From the NCBI GenBank assembly GCA_023248155.1, contig JAHFFE010000002.1, forward strand, positions 256,864 through 320,863: 64,000 nucleotides of DNA, read 5' to 3'. Positions 53,396 through 61,054 of the stretch are shown here, piece by piece. Position 1 is the first letter of the stretch; each line of letters opens with the position of its first letter. The notes below the pieces were generated by a model. It was not told the DNA's origin, searched no databases, and saw only the letters and a program-made list of their open reading frames with translations. A program made the translations under genes and the position numbers. Source of the DNA: Candidatus Omnitrophota bacterium. Its GTDB lineage: Bacteria; Omnitrophota; Gorgyraeia; 1-14-0-20-64-10.

Positions 53396-54073
53396 GTGAA
53401 GTTTTTGAGAGGTTTCTTGTTAATAGTCCTTCTAGTGGCTTCGCAGGGGTGTGCTTTGGGAGTACTGGCTAATGGGCCAAAGGGTTTGAACGCGATCAAG
53501 CATATGACGGAGATAGTCTCTGACCCTCCAGGAGCTCGAATTGAGATTAATAATCGATATATTGGCAATACGCCACTTACAGTAGAAATTCCTCGCGGAT
53601 ACACTTGGATGAAAGATGATTATTTCAGTCCAAAGCGCATAACAGGTTTCGAAGCAGTGAAGATCACGGCTTATCCGGAGCCTCCGACGGAAGGAGTTTA
53701 CTATGTTCAAACAAAGATTCTCGATTCAAATGAACCGACTCCTTACAATCTCTCCTTTACCATGTGGCTAGAACCTGCTTTTGTTCGTCAAGAAAGAGAG
53801 CATAGAGTACAAGAGGAAGATCGTCAGAGAAAAACCTATGAGGCTTTAAATAGCTGGATAGGCCACACAAAGACAGAACTTCTAGAGCAATGGGGTCCTC
53901 CTACCCAAGTTATTACGAACAAGGAGCAAGATGTCCTTGCATATGATAATTCGGTTCAAATGACTGTGCCTGTGGGATCGGCTGGCCAGCGGTTAATTGT
54001 GAAATCAGGGAAGTATGTAATGTTTTGGATAGATGCCAAGGAAAAAATTTATAAAGTCACATGGAAGGATTAA
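53396..54073 (+). CDS. PEGA-domain lipoprotein
   Basis: Lipobox-like ASQGC; SDPPGARIEINNRYIGNTP (PEGA); C-terminal WIG....L...WGPP. Confidence 0.8.
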   Translation: MKFLRGFLLIVLLVASQGCALGVLANGPKGLNAIKHMTEIVSDPPGARIEINNRYIGNTPLTVEIPRGYTWMKDDYFSPKRITGFEAVKITAYPEPPTEGVYYVQTKILDSNEPTPYNLSFTMWLEPAFVRQEREHRVQEEDRQRKTYEALNSWIGHTKTELLEQWGPPTQVITNKEQDVLAYDNSVQMTVPVGSAGQRLIVKSGKYVMFWIDAKEKIYKVTWKD

Positions 54074-54081
54074 TCATGAAG

Positions 54082-54106
54082 AGTACCATTTCCAAAAGTG
54101 CCGGGT
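54082..54106 (+). repeat. Type-A repeat, copy 2
   Basis: AGTACCATTTCCAAAAGTGCCGGGT; 28 nt (54083-54110) identical to 54191-54218. Confidence 0.88.
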
Positions 54107-54120
54107 CTGAGCTTGTGTGG

Positions 54121-54182
54121 ATAACGGTACCGGATACCGTGGGGACAGCGTGAGCATAACGGTACCGGGTACCGCGGGGACA
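54121..54182 (+). repeat. Type-B repeats, copies 2 and 3 (tandem, 8-nt spacer)
   Basis: ATAACGGTACCGGATACCGTGGGGACA (54121-47) and ATAACGGTACCGGGTACCGCGGGGACA (54156-82). Confidence 0.88.
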
Positions 54183-54189
54183 CCCGTAG

Positions 54190-54214
54190 GGTACCATTTC
54201 CAAAAGTGCCGGGT
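54190..54214 (+). repeat. Type-A repeat, copy 3
   Basis: GGTACCATTTCCAAAAGTGCCGGGT. Confidence 0.88.
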
Positions 54215-54239
54215 CTGATTGATTAGCAGGGGTGGTGTT

Positions 54240-54566
54240 ATGATGCTTAAGACCAAAATTTTTAGCGCGGGTTTTTTGGGCGGGTTAATTCTGGCCCTTT
54301 TTCTGAATCTTCTGCCTTATTGGAAAACAAAAGGGGCTTTGGCGTGGGATGGTGCTGAGTATGCCGGATTTCCATTCCATTTCTATGAGCGATGGGCAGG
54401 TGAGATGCTGCCAGGGGCAACGACCAATTTAACAGCCCATTTTCTTATGGTGAATTTATTGGGTGACATAGGTGTTGGAGTCGCATTCGCGATAATTTTA
54501 GGTGTTTTGTGTGTCATGGCGCGTAATCGTGCCGGGTTCAATAAAGCATTGGGCGGGGACAGGTAG
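54240..54566 (+). CDS. Small hypothetical membrane protein
   Basis: 108 aa, two TM segments around GFPF..Y; followed by a terminator. Confidence 0.7.
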   Translation: MMLKTKIFSAGFLGGLILALFLNLLPYWKTKGALAWDGAEYAGFPFHFYERWAGEMLPGATTNLTAHFLMVNLLGDIGVGVAFAIILGVLCVMARNRAGFNKALGGDR

Positions 54567-54584
54567 TAAAGTCCCCGTTTTTTT
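54554..54584 (+). terminator. Intrinsic terminator whose 5' arm (GGGGACA) matches the type-B repeat end
   Basis: CGGGGAC/GTCCCCG stem plus 7 T. Confidence 0.7.
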
Positions 54585-54625
54585 CTGGCCACGATATTGC
54601 TGAATCAGCATAAATATTATTTGGG

Positions 54626-55075
54626 GTGATGCTCGACTCCGATCTGGCAGAGTTGTATGGTGTTCCCACGAAAGTTCTAAACCAAGCGGTAAAGAGAAAC
54701 GAGGAGCGATTTCCCGAAGGTTTTATGTTCCAATTGAATCAAGCAGAGTATAAATCTCTAAGGTCACAATTTGTGACCTTAGAGAAAGGGCGTGGAAAAT
54801 ATCCAAAATACCTCCCCCTGGTATTTACCGAACAGGGAGTCGCGATGCTCTCCAGTGTATTGCGCAGCAAGCGAGCAATTCAGGTGAACATTGCCATCAT
54901 GAAAACCTTCGTGAAGCTCCGGGAATTGTTATCAACCCACAGGGATCTTGCTGAAAAGCTGGCCACGCTGGAAAGCAAGTACGACTCGCAATTTAAGGTG
55001 GTTTTTGAAGCAATCCGCCAGTTAATGCTTCCTCCCGAAACGCCCCGCCGCAAAATAGGATTCCATTCGGATTAA
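54626..55075 (+). CDS. ORF6N-domain DNA-binding protein, possibly 5'-truncated
   Basis: [51 protein letters not shown]-terminal RKIGF. Confidence 0.88.
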   Translation: MMLDSDLAELYGVPTKVLNQAVKRNEERFPEGFMFQLNQAEYKSLRSQFVTLEKGRGKYPKYLPLVFTEQGVAMLSSVLRSKRAIQVNIAIMKTFVKLRELLSTHRDLAEKLATLESKYDSQFKVVFEAIRQLMLPPETPRRKIGFHSD

Positions 55076-55079
55076 ATTG

Positions 55080-55112
55080 AAACTTGAGGTCACAATTTGT
55101 GACCTCAAGTTT
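55080..55112. repeat. 33-bp palindrome repeating the ORF6N-internal palindrome
   Basis: AAACTTGAGGTCACAA-T-TTGTGACCTCAAGTTT; 19-bp core shared with 54755-54785. Confidence 0.9.
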
Positions 55113-55119
55113 TTAGCAA

Positions 55120-55144
55120 GGTACCATTTGCGGTGATGCCGGGT
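55120..55144 (+). repeat. Type-A repeat, copy 4
   Basis: GGTACCATTTGCGGTGATGCCGGGT. Confidence 0.8.
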
Positions 55145-55162
55145 TAAAATAAACCCAATCAG

Positions 55163-55978
55163 ATGACCCGATTCGTTCACCGATCTCTCGCCGCTGGGCT
55201 GTTGGTGCTGAGCCTTTTCACGGGTTCGGCAAGCGCGCGAGATTTTCTGTTTACAGAAGCAGAATCGGATTGCTTTGCCCAGATGATTTTCATGAATGAA
55301 TGTTCGGGCAGAGAAGAAAAGTTGCTTTACTGGTCGCCCGATGAGGCGTTTCCATCGCTTGGGATCGGGCATTTTATCTGGTACCCCGAAAATGCCTCGG
55401 GCTCTTACCTGGAAACATTCCCGGCATTTCTTGGTTTTGCTAAAGAGATCCATCTGATGATCCCGCCCTGGATTGTCGCACTGCCAAACAAACACTGCCC
55501 CTGGCAGTCGCGCGAGGAGTTTCTGCGAGATCTTCCCAGCGACCGCGTACGCGAGTTGCGGGCTTTCCTGAGCAACACGAAAAGCGAGCAGGCGCAGTTT
55601 ATCGGCCGCCGTTTTATGCGGGTTTTTCCTCGGATTCTTGACGATCTCAACGAGTCGGATCGTGAAGCTACTCAACAGAAATACGATCTTTTGATGCGGC
55701 GTCGCGAGGCGACTTTTGCCATGATCGACTATGTCAATTTTAAAGGGGAAGGACTGCGCGCGGATGCCCGTTATGACGGGATGGGGTGGGGTCTTGCCCA
55801 TGTTCTTATTGAGATGAATATTCCGGACGATCCCGAGAAAGCCCTCGATGAATTTATCCTGGCGGCGGAACGGGTGCTTGAAAGGCGAGTGAGCCGCTCT
55901 CCGAGGCCGGAAATCGAAGCGAAATGGCTGCCCGGCTGGAAAAATCGCGTTAGAAGCTACTCGAGAATCAAGTGTTGA
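55163..55978 (+). CDS. Secreted hypothetical protein, possibly lysozyme-like fold
   Basis: Signal peptide ending ASA; NEC...SLGIGHFIWYP; DYVNFKGEG; KWLPGWKNRV. Confidence 0.75.
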   Translation: MTRFVHRSLAAGLLVLSLFTGSASARDFLFTEAESDCFAQMIFMNECSGREEKLLYWSPDEAFPSLGIGHFIWYPENASGSYLETFPAFLGFAKEIHLMIPPWIVALPNKHCPWQSREEFLRDLPSDRVRELRAFLSNTKSEQAQFIGRRFMRVFPRILDDLNESDREATQQKYDLLMRRREATFAMIDYVNFKGEGLRADARYDGMGWGLAHVLIEMNIPDDPEKALDEFILAAERVLERRVSRSPRPEIEAKWLPGWKNRVRSYSRIKC

Positions 55979-55985
55979 TCAGCAG

Positions 55986-56010
55986 GGTACCATTTCCGGC
56001 GGTGCCGGGT
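55986..56010 (+). repeat. Type-A repeat, copy 5
   Basis: GGTACCATTTCCGGCGGTGCCGGGT. Confidence 0.82.
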
Positions 56011-56041
56011 TAGAATAGGCCCAGCAAGGGGGGTGTCTTCG

Positions 56042-56410
56042 ATGCATGAAAAGAAACACCAAAAAGTAGCGCCCGTTTCAATTTTTGTAAAGAGAATGAC
56101 GATCTATGTAGGCGTCGTTCTTTCGCTGATGGTCTGCGCTTTGTTTATTGGCGTTGCCGGATACCATTGGTTGGCGGGCCTGAGCTGGGTTGATTCTCTT
56201 TTAAATGCCTCGATGATCCTGGGCGGAATGGGGCCTGTTAATGTTCTGCCTAATGCCGCTTCGAAGGTGTTCGCCTCAGCGTTCGCTCTTTTTAGCGGAA
56301 TATTTTTTATCGCGATGATGGGGATCCTTTTTGTGCCGATTATGCACCGGGTGCTTCACAAATTTCATGCCGAGGAGAAAGATTTTCAGCAAAAATCAAA
56401 AAGAGAATAA
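56042..56410 (+). CDS. Small 2-TM protein resembling an ion-channel pore module
   Basis: TM-GYH...LSWVDSLLNASMILGGMGP-...KVFAS..ALFSG-TM; G-rich RBS favours ATG 56042. Confidence 0.75.
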   Translation: MHEKKHQKVAPVSIFVKRMTIYVGVVLSLMVCALFIGVAGYHWLAGLSWVDSLLNASMILGGMGPVNVLPNAASKVFASAFALFSGIFFIAMMGILFVPIMHRVLHKFHAEEKDFQQKSKRE

Positions 56411-56420
56411 AGGAGCATTC

Positions 56421-56714
56421 GTGGCGCAAATAACCGTAGTCGCAAAGGCAAAAGCCAAACCGGGATCTGAAAAAGAGCTGCAGCGGGCGCTGGAAGCGGT
56501 GGTCGCGCCGACCCGTCAGGAAAAGGGCTGTTTATCGTATGTTCTGCATCAGGGCGCAGAAGACCCCGCCTTGTTTGTATTCATTGAACAATGGGAATCC
56601 CGCGAGGCGCTTAAAGAGCATTTCAACAAGCCGTATGTTCAAGCCTTGTTTATGAATCTGCCCGCGTTAATTGCCGGCGCTCCGGAAATCCTGACGCTTT
56701 CTGAGGTATCTTGA
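56421..56714 (+). CDS. Antibiotic biosynthesis monooxygenase (ABM) family, putative quinol monooxygenase
   Basis: AKPG.E, TR.E.GCL.Y.LH, FIEQWES..AL..H; AAGGAG RBS before GTG 56421. Confidence 0.88.
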   Translation: MAQITVVAKAKAKPGSEKELQRALEAVVAPTRQEKGCLSYVLHQGAEDPALFVFIEQWESREALKEHFNKPYVQALFMNLPALIAGAPEILTLSEVS

Positions 56715-56740
56715 CCGAAAAAATCGGTTTGTGGTACATT
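56711..56740 (+). promoter_or_regulatory. Putative sigma70 promoter for the guaB3 operon
   Basis: TTGACC, 18-nt spacer, extended -10 TGgTACATT; ACCGA-N5-TCGGT inverted repeat overlapping the spacer. Confidence 0.5.
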
Positions 56741-56854
56741 ACCTTATGGCGTACTTGGTACCATCCTCAGCACTAAAAACTCTCGCAATACCGGAAAATT
56801 CCGCGCCATCTTTTTCTGTCCAACCATCTTATTATTCAAGGGAGATTCTGTCTC

Positions 56855-58015
56855 ATGGGTGAATATATTGGAGTCGGCCGCAAGGCGCGCCGCTGTTACG
56901 GGTTTGATGAAATCGCCCTGGTTCCGGGCAACGTAACGATCAATCCGAACGAGGTTGATGTTTCCTGGAAATTGGGCAAGCAGCAGTACCGCGTGCCGAT
57001 TATTGCCAGCGCGATGGATGGCGTGGTCGATGTGAAGGTGGCCATCGCGTTCGGCAAGCATGGCGGTTTGGGTGTGTTGAACCTGGAAGGGGTGCAGACC
57101 CGCTACGAAGAGCCGGAAGAATTGTTGTCGAAGGTGCGCGCCGCTACTCCCGAAGAAGCAACCGAACTTTTGCAGAAAATTTACCGCGAACCGGTGAAAG
57201 AGAAACTGGTTTCCAAGCGGATTGAAGAAATTAAAGCGGCCGGCGTTTCAGCCGCGGTCTCAGCGATTCCGCAGCGGGCCGCGCGGTTCGGGCCGCTCGC
57301 GCAGGAAGCCGGCGTTGATGTATTCGTCGTGCAGTCGACGGTCTCCACGGTAAAACATATTTCCACAGAATATGAATCACTCGATATCAAGAAATTGTGC
57401 AAGACGATGAAGGCGCCGGTCATCGCCGGCAACTGTGTGACTTATCAGGTGGCGCTGGAATTAATGCAGTGCGGCGTCTCCGGCGTGCTGGTGGGCATCG
57501 GGCCGGGTGCGGCCTGCACCACGCGCGGCGTGCTGGGCATTGGCGTTCCGCAGGTTTCGGCCACGGTTGACTGCGCGGCTGCCCGCGACGCGTACTACAA
57601 GAAAACCAAACGGTATGTGGCGATCATTACCGACGGCGGCATGCGCACCGGCGGCGATGTCTGCAAGGCGTTTGCCTGCGGTTCCGACGCGGTCATGATC
57701 GGGTCGCCGTTCGCGCGCGCGAAAGAAGCGCCGGGCGGCGGATATCACTGGGGCATGGCGACACCGCACGCGAACCTGCCGCGCGGCACGCGCATTCAGG
57801 TGGGTGTCACCGGTACGCTCGATGAAATTTTATACGGACCGGCCCGCACCGACGACGGCACCCAGAATTTGATGGGCGCTCTGTCGACGGCGATGGGTTC
57901 GGTCGGCGCCAAAACCATCAAGGAATTCCAGAAGACGGAAATCATCATCGCGCCGTCCATTCAGACTGAAGGGAAACTGGCCCAGCGGACGCAGCGCGTC
58001 GGCATGGGGAAGTGA
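56855..58015 (+). CDS. guaB: IMP dehydrogenase, GuaB3 type (no CBS domains)
   Basis: YGFDEIALVP, SAMDGVV, GIGPGAACTTRGVLG, HWGMATP..LPRG. Confidence 0.92.
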   Translation: MGEYIGVGRKARRCYGFDEIALVPGNVTINPNEVDVSWKLGKQQYRVPIIASAMDGVVDVKVAIAFGKHGGLGVLNLEGVQTRYEEPEELLSKVRAATPEEATELLQKIYREPVKEKLVSKRIEEIKAAGVSAAVSAIPQRAARFGPLAQEAGVDVFVVQSTVSTVKHISTEYESLDIKKLCKTMKAPVIAGNCVTYQVALELMQCGVSGVLVGIGPGAACTTRGVLGIGVPQVSATVDCAAARDAYYKKTKRYVAIITDGGMRTGGDVCKAFACGSDAVMIGSPFARAKEAPGGGYHWGMATPHANLPRGTRIQVGVTGTLDEILYGPARTDDGTQNLMGALSTAMGSVGAKTIKEFQKTEIIIAPSIQTEGKLAQRTQRVGMGK

Positions 58016-58038
58016 CATTCGGTTGCAACCGAATGTCA
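58013..58038. repeat. Perfect 26-bp palindrome
   Basis: TGACATTCGGTTGCAACCGAATGTCA, beginning at the guaB stop codon. Confidence 0.9.
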
Positions 58039-58065
58039 TCCCCGAATTGCTTTTGTCGGGGATCT
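58035..58065 (+). repeat. REP-like palindromic repeat, copy 2
   Basis: GTCATCCCCGAATTGCTTTTGTCGGGGATCT (2 differences from 52016-52046). Confidence 0.8.
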
Positions 58066-58069
58066 TAGA

Positions 58070-59173
58070 ATGACTACAAAGGTTTCTGTCTTTGGTTTAA
58101 CGCTCGATGAATTGACCGCCTGGATGGTCGAGCATGGCCAGCCGGTTTACCGCGCCCGCCAGATTTTTCAGGCGATCTATCACCGGCCGCTGACCGGGTT
58201 CTCCGATTTAAAAGAAATTCCGCAACCGCTGCGCGAGCAGCTGGCCGCCTCATTTTCATTTGCTACGATTAATACGCTTGAGCATCAGCTTTCCGTCGAC
58301 GGCACGCAAAAATGGCTGCTGGGGCTCGACGATCAGCAGACGATTGAAACGGTAATGATCCCGGCCCCTGTTTTAAAAAGCCGCACCGGTGCCGACAAAG
58401 AAGAAACCTCTTCGCGCAGAACGGTTTGCGCTTCCACGCAGGTCGGTTGCGCGTTCGGCTGCGCGTTTTGCGCCAGCGGATTAAAAGGCCTCAAGCGCAA
58501 TTTAACCACCGGCGAAATTGTTCAGCAAATTCTGCTGGTTGAGCAGGGGCTCGGCAAAGAACGGGTCTCGAACATTGTCTTCATGGGCATGGGCGAGCCG
58601 CTGGCCAATTACGATAATCTGATCAAGGCGATCCGCATCATTAACTCCGAGCAGGGGCTTAAAATCGGCGCGCGCAAGATTACGATTTCCACAGTCGGTC
58701 TGGTTCCGATGATTGAGCGGTTAGCCAAAGAAGGGCTGCAGTTGGAACTGGCGATTTCATTGCACGCGTCGAATGACCGGCTGCGCGAGCAGATTATGCC
58801 GGTCAACCGCAAATATAAAATGGAAGAGTTGATTGCCGCCTGCCGCGCCTATGCGGGCGCGACGAAGCGGATGCTTACCTTTGAATATATCCTGATTGAC
58901 GGATTGAACGACGGCATCGCGCAGGCCAAGGAACTGGCCGAGTTGCTGAAAGGCCTGCTTTGCAAGGTGAACCTGATTCCGTGCCATCCGATTCCGGGTA
59001 CGCCCTGGGGCCGGCCGCCGCAACTGCGGATGATCGCATTTGAGCGGCAGCTGCGCAACAGCGGCGTGCAATGCACGCTGCGCCGGTCGCGCGGGCTTGA
59101 TATCGACGGCGCTTGCGGCCAGCTTCGTCTGCGAAAAGAAGGTTCCGCCGGCGCACCCGCGGAGGTAAAATAG
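58070..59173 (+). CDS. rlmN: 23S rRNA m2A2503 methyltransferase (radical SAM)
   Basis: [38 protein letters not shown]. Confidence 0.96.
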   Translation: MTTKVSVFGLTLDELTAWMVEHGQPVYRARQIFQAIYHRPLTGFSDLKEIPQPLREQLAASFSFATINTLEHQLSVDGTQKWLLGLDDQQTIETVMIPAPVLKSRTGADKEETSSRRTVCASTQVGCAFGCAFCASGLKGLKRNLTTGEIVQQILLVEQGLGKERVSNIVFMGMGEPLANYDNLIKAIRIINSEQGLKIGARKITISTVGLVPMIERLAKEGLQLELAISLHASNDRLREQIMPVNRKYKMEELIAACRAYAGATKRMLTFEYILIDGLNDGIAQAKELAELLKGLLCKVNLIPCHPIPGTPWGRPPQLRMIAFERQLRNSGVQCTLRRSRGLDIDGACGQLRLRKEGSAGAPAEVK

Positions 59174-59177
59174 AAGA

Positions 59178-60725
59178 ATGTCAGCCCCGCAGGAAACCGT
59201 TCTCGTTTTAGATTTCGGATCTCAGTACGCGCAGTTGATCGCGCGGCGTGTGCGCGAGCTCAATGTGTTCTGTAAAATCGTTCCGTTTAAAATTTCCCCC
59301 GAAGAGATCCGCCGCGAAAATCCCAAAGGAATTATTCTTTCCGGCGGGCCGGCCTCGGTCTGGGCCGAAGCGTCGCCCAAGCCGCACGCCGATCTATTTA
59401 AAACGGAAATCCCGACGCTCGGCATCTGCTACGGCATGCAGTTAATGGGGCAGATGATGGGCGGCGATGTATCCCGGGCATCGCACCGCGAATTCGGCAA
59501 AGCCGATTTCTTCGTCGATCAGCCGCAGGGGCTGCTGAACGGTTTGCCCAACTCGATTATTTCCTGGATGAGCCACGGCGATTATGTGACCAAACTTCCG
59601 TCGGGGTTTCAGGCGATCGGTCATACCGAGAACACGGCGATCGCCGCGATGGCCAACGCGCCCGCCAAAAAATACGCGCTGCAGTTTCATCCCGAAGTGG
59701 CGCATACGGCGATGGGTAAAGATATCCTGAAGAACTTTTTGTATGCGATCTGCGGCTGTAAAGGCGAGTGGACCTCGCAGTCGTTCGTCGAAACCAGCGT
59801 GGCCGAAATTCGCGCGCAGGTGGGTGAGAATAAAGTGGTCCTCGGGCTTTCCGGTGGTGTCGATTCGTCGGCGGCGGCGCTGCTGCTGCACAAGGCGATC
59901 GGCAAGAACCTGATTCCGATCTTTGTGGATACCGGCATGCTGCGCAAGAATGAGCGCGCGCAGGTGATTGAGATGTTTGAAAAGCATTTCGGCATTCCGC
60001 TCTGCGTGGTCGACGGTGAAAAACAATTTTTGCATGAGTTGGCCGGCGTGGTTGAACCGGAGAAGAAACGAAAAATCATCGGACGGTTGTTTGTGGAATG
60101 TTTCGATGCCGAAGCGAAGAAACATCCCGACGCGAAATTTCTGGCGCAGGGAACGTTGTACCCCGATGTGATCGAATCGCAGTCGGCGTTCGGCGGGCCA
60201 TCGGCCGTTATCAAGACGCACCACAACGTGGGTGGGCTTCCGGAGCGGATGAATTTGAAACTGGTCGAGCCGCTGCGGTTTTTATTTAAAGATGAAGTGC
60301 GCGAAATCGGCAAGGTGCTGGGCCTGCCCGAGAAAATGTTGCAGCGGCACCCATTCCCGGGGCCGGGGCTGGCGATACGAATTTTGGGTGAGGTCACCAA
60401 AGAACGGCTGGACCTGTTGCGCGAAGCCGACGCGCGCTTTATTGAAGAACTCGAGAAGAGCGGGCAATATTCCAAAACCTGGCAGGCGTTCGCAGTGCTG
60501 CTGCCGGTAAAAACGGTCGGCGTGATGGGCGACGAGCGGACCTACGAGCATGTGGCCGCGCTGCGCGCGGTGACCAGTACCGACGGCATGACGGCCGACT
60601 GGGCGCGCCTGCCGCCGGAACTGCTCGAGAAAGTTTCAAACCGGATCATTAACGAAGTACGCGGCATCAACCGGGTGGCGTATGACATTACCAGCAAGCC
60701 GCCCGGCACAATCGAGTGGGAATAA
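59178..60725 (+). CDS. guaA: GMP synthase (glutamine-hydrolysing)
   Basis: [34 protein letters not shown]. Confidence 0.98.
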   Translation: MSAPQETVLVLDFGSQYAQLIARRVRELNVFCKIVPFKISPEEIRRENPKGIILSGGPASVWAEASPKPHADLFKTEIPTLGICYGMQLMGQMMGGDVSRASHREFGKADFFVDQPQGLLNGLPNSIISWMSHGDYVTKLPSGFQAIGHTENTAIAAMANAPAKKYALQFHPEVAHTAMGKDILKNFLYAICGCKGEWTSQSFVETSVAEIRAQVGENKVVLGLSGGVDSSAAALLLHKAIGKNLIPIFVDTGMLRKNERAQVIEMFEKHFGIPLCVVDGEKQFLHELAGVVEPEKKRKIIGRLFVECFDAEAKKHPDAKFLAQGTLYPDVIESQSAFGGPSAVIKTHHNVGGLPERMNLKLVEPLRFLFKDEVREIGKVLGLPEKMLQRHPFPGPGLAIRILGEVTKERLDLLREADARFIEELEKSGQYSKTWQAFAVLLPVKTVGVMGDERTYEHVAALRAVTSTDGMTADWARLPPELLEKVSNRIINEVRGINRVAYDITSKPPGTIEWE

Positions 60726-60741
60726 AATGGAGGGATTAACA

Positions 60742-60996
60742 ATGATGGGTGCACACGGTCTCGCTATGTCATTATTGCCCGCGGCAGTTGGTTACTGGGT
60801 ACTGATCGCTTCAGGAAAAGAAAAAGATGATGTTAAGAAGCTGGGCAAATGGCTGGGTATCGCGATCATCGCGCTGAGCGTTCTGGGAACCGCTTGTAAA
60901 GTTTATTATTGCGCGATGGGAAAAATGGGTATGTGCCAGTCGAAGATGGCTTGTCCGATGGCGGGTAAGCCGGCTCCGATGGCTCCGCAAGGTTAA
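60742..60996 (+). CDS. Small membrane protein with Met/Cys/Lys-rich C-terminal tail
   Basis: GGAGG RBS; two TM segments; CAMGKMGMCQSKMACPM tail; followed by a terminator. Confidence 0.7.
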   Translation: MMGAHGLAMSLLPAAVGYWVLIASGKEKDDVKKLGKWLGIAIIALSVLGTACKVYYCAMGKMGMCQSKMACPMAGKPAPMAPQG

Positions 60997-61003
60997 CCAA
61001 ATC

Positions 61004-61037
61004 AGGGCCGGGTCTTTTATAGGCTCGGCCCTTTTTT
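61004..61037 (+). terminator. Intrinsic terminator
   Basis: AGGGCCGGGTCT/AGGCTCGGCCCT stem plus T-run. Confidence 0.85.
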
Positions 61038-61054
61038 ATCGGGTCTGTTGAGTT

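Noticed and set aside
53345-53396. Integron attC site (ACCTAAC...GTTAAGG)
   Set aside because: Only about 50 bp, imperfect R' box, no convincing internal hairpin, not repeated at other junctions, and no intI in the window.
53286-56010. CRISPR array
   Set aside because: Two repeat types in mixed orientation, gaps from a few bp to whole genes, and no cas genes.
56741-56854. Purine riboswitch in the guaB leader
   Set aside because: No purine-aptamer consensus or terminator visible.
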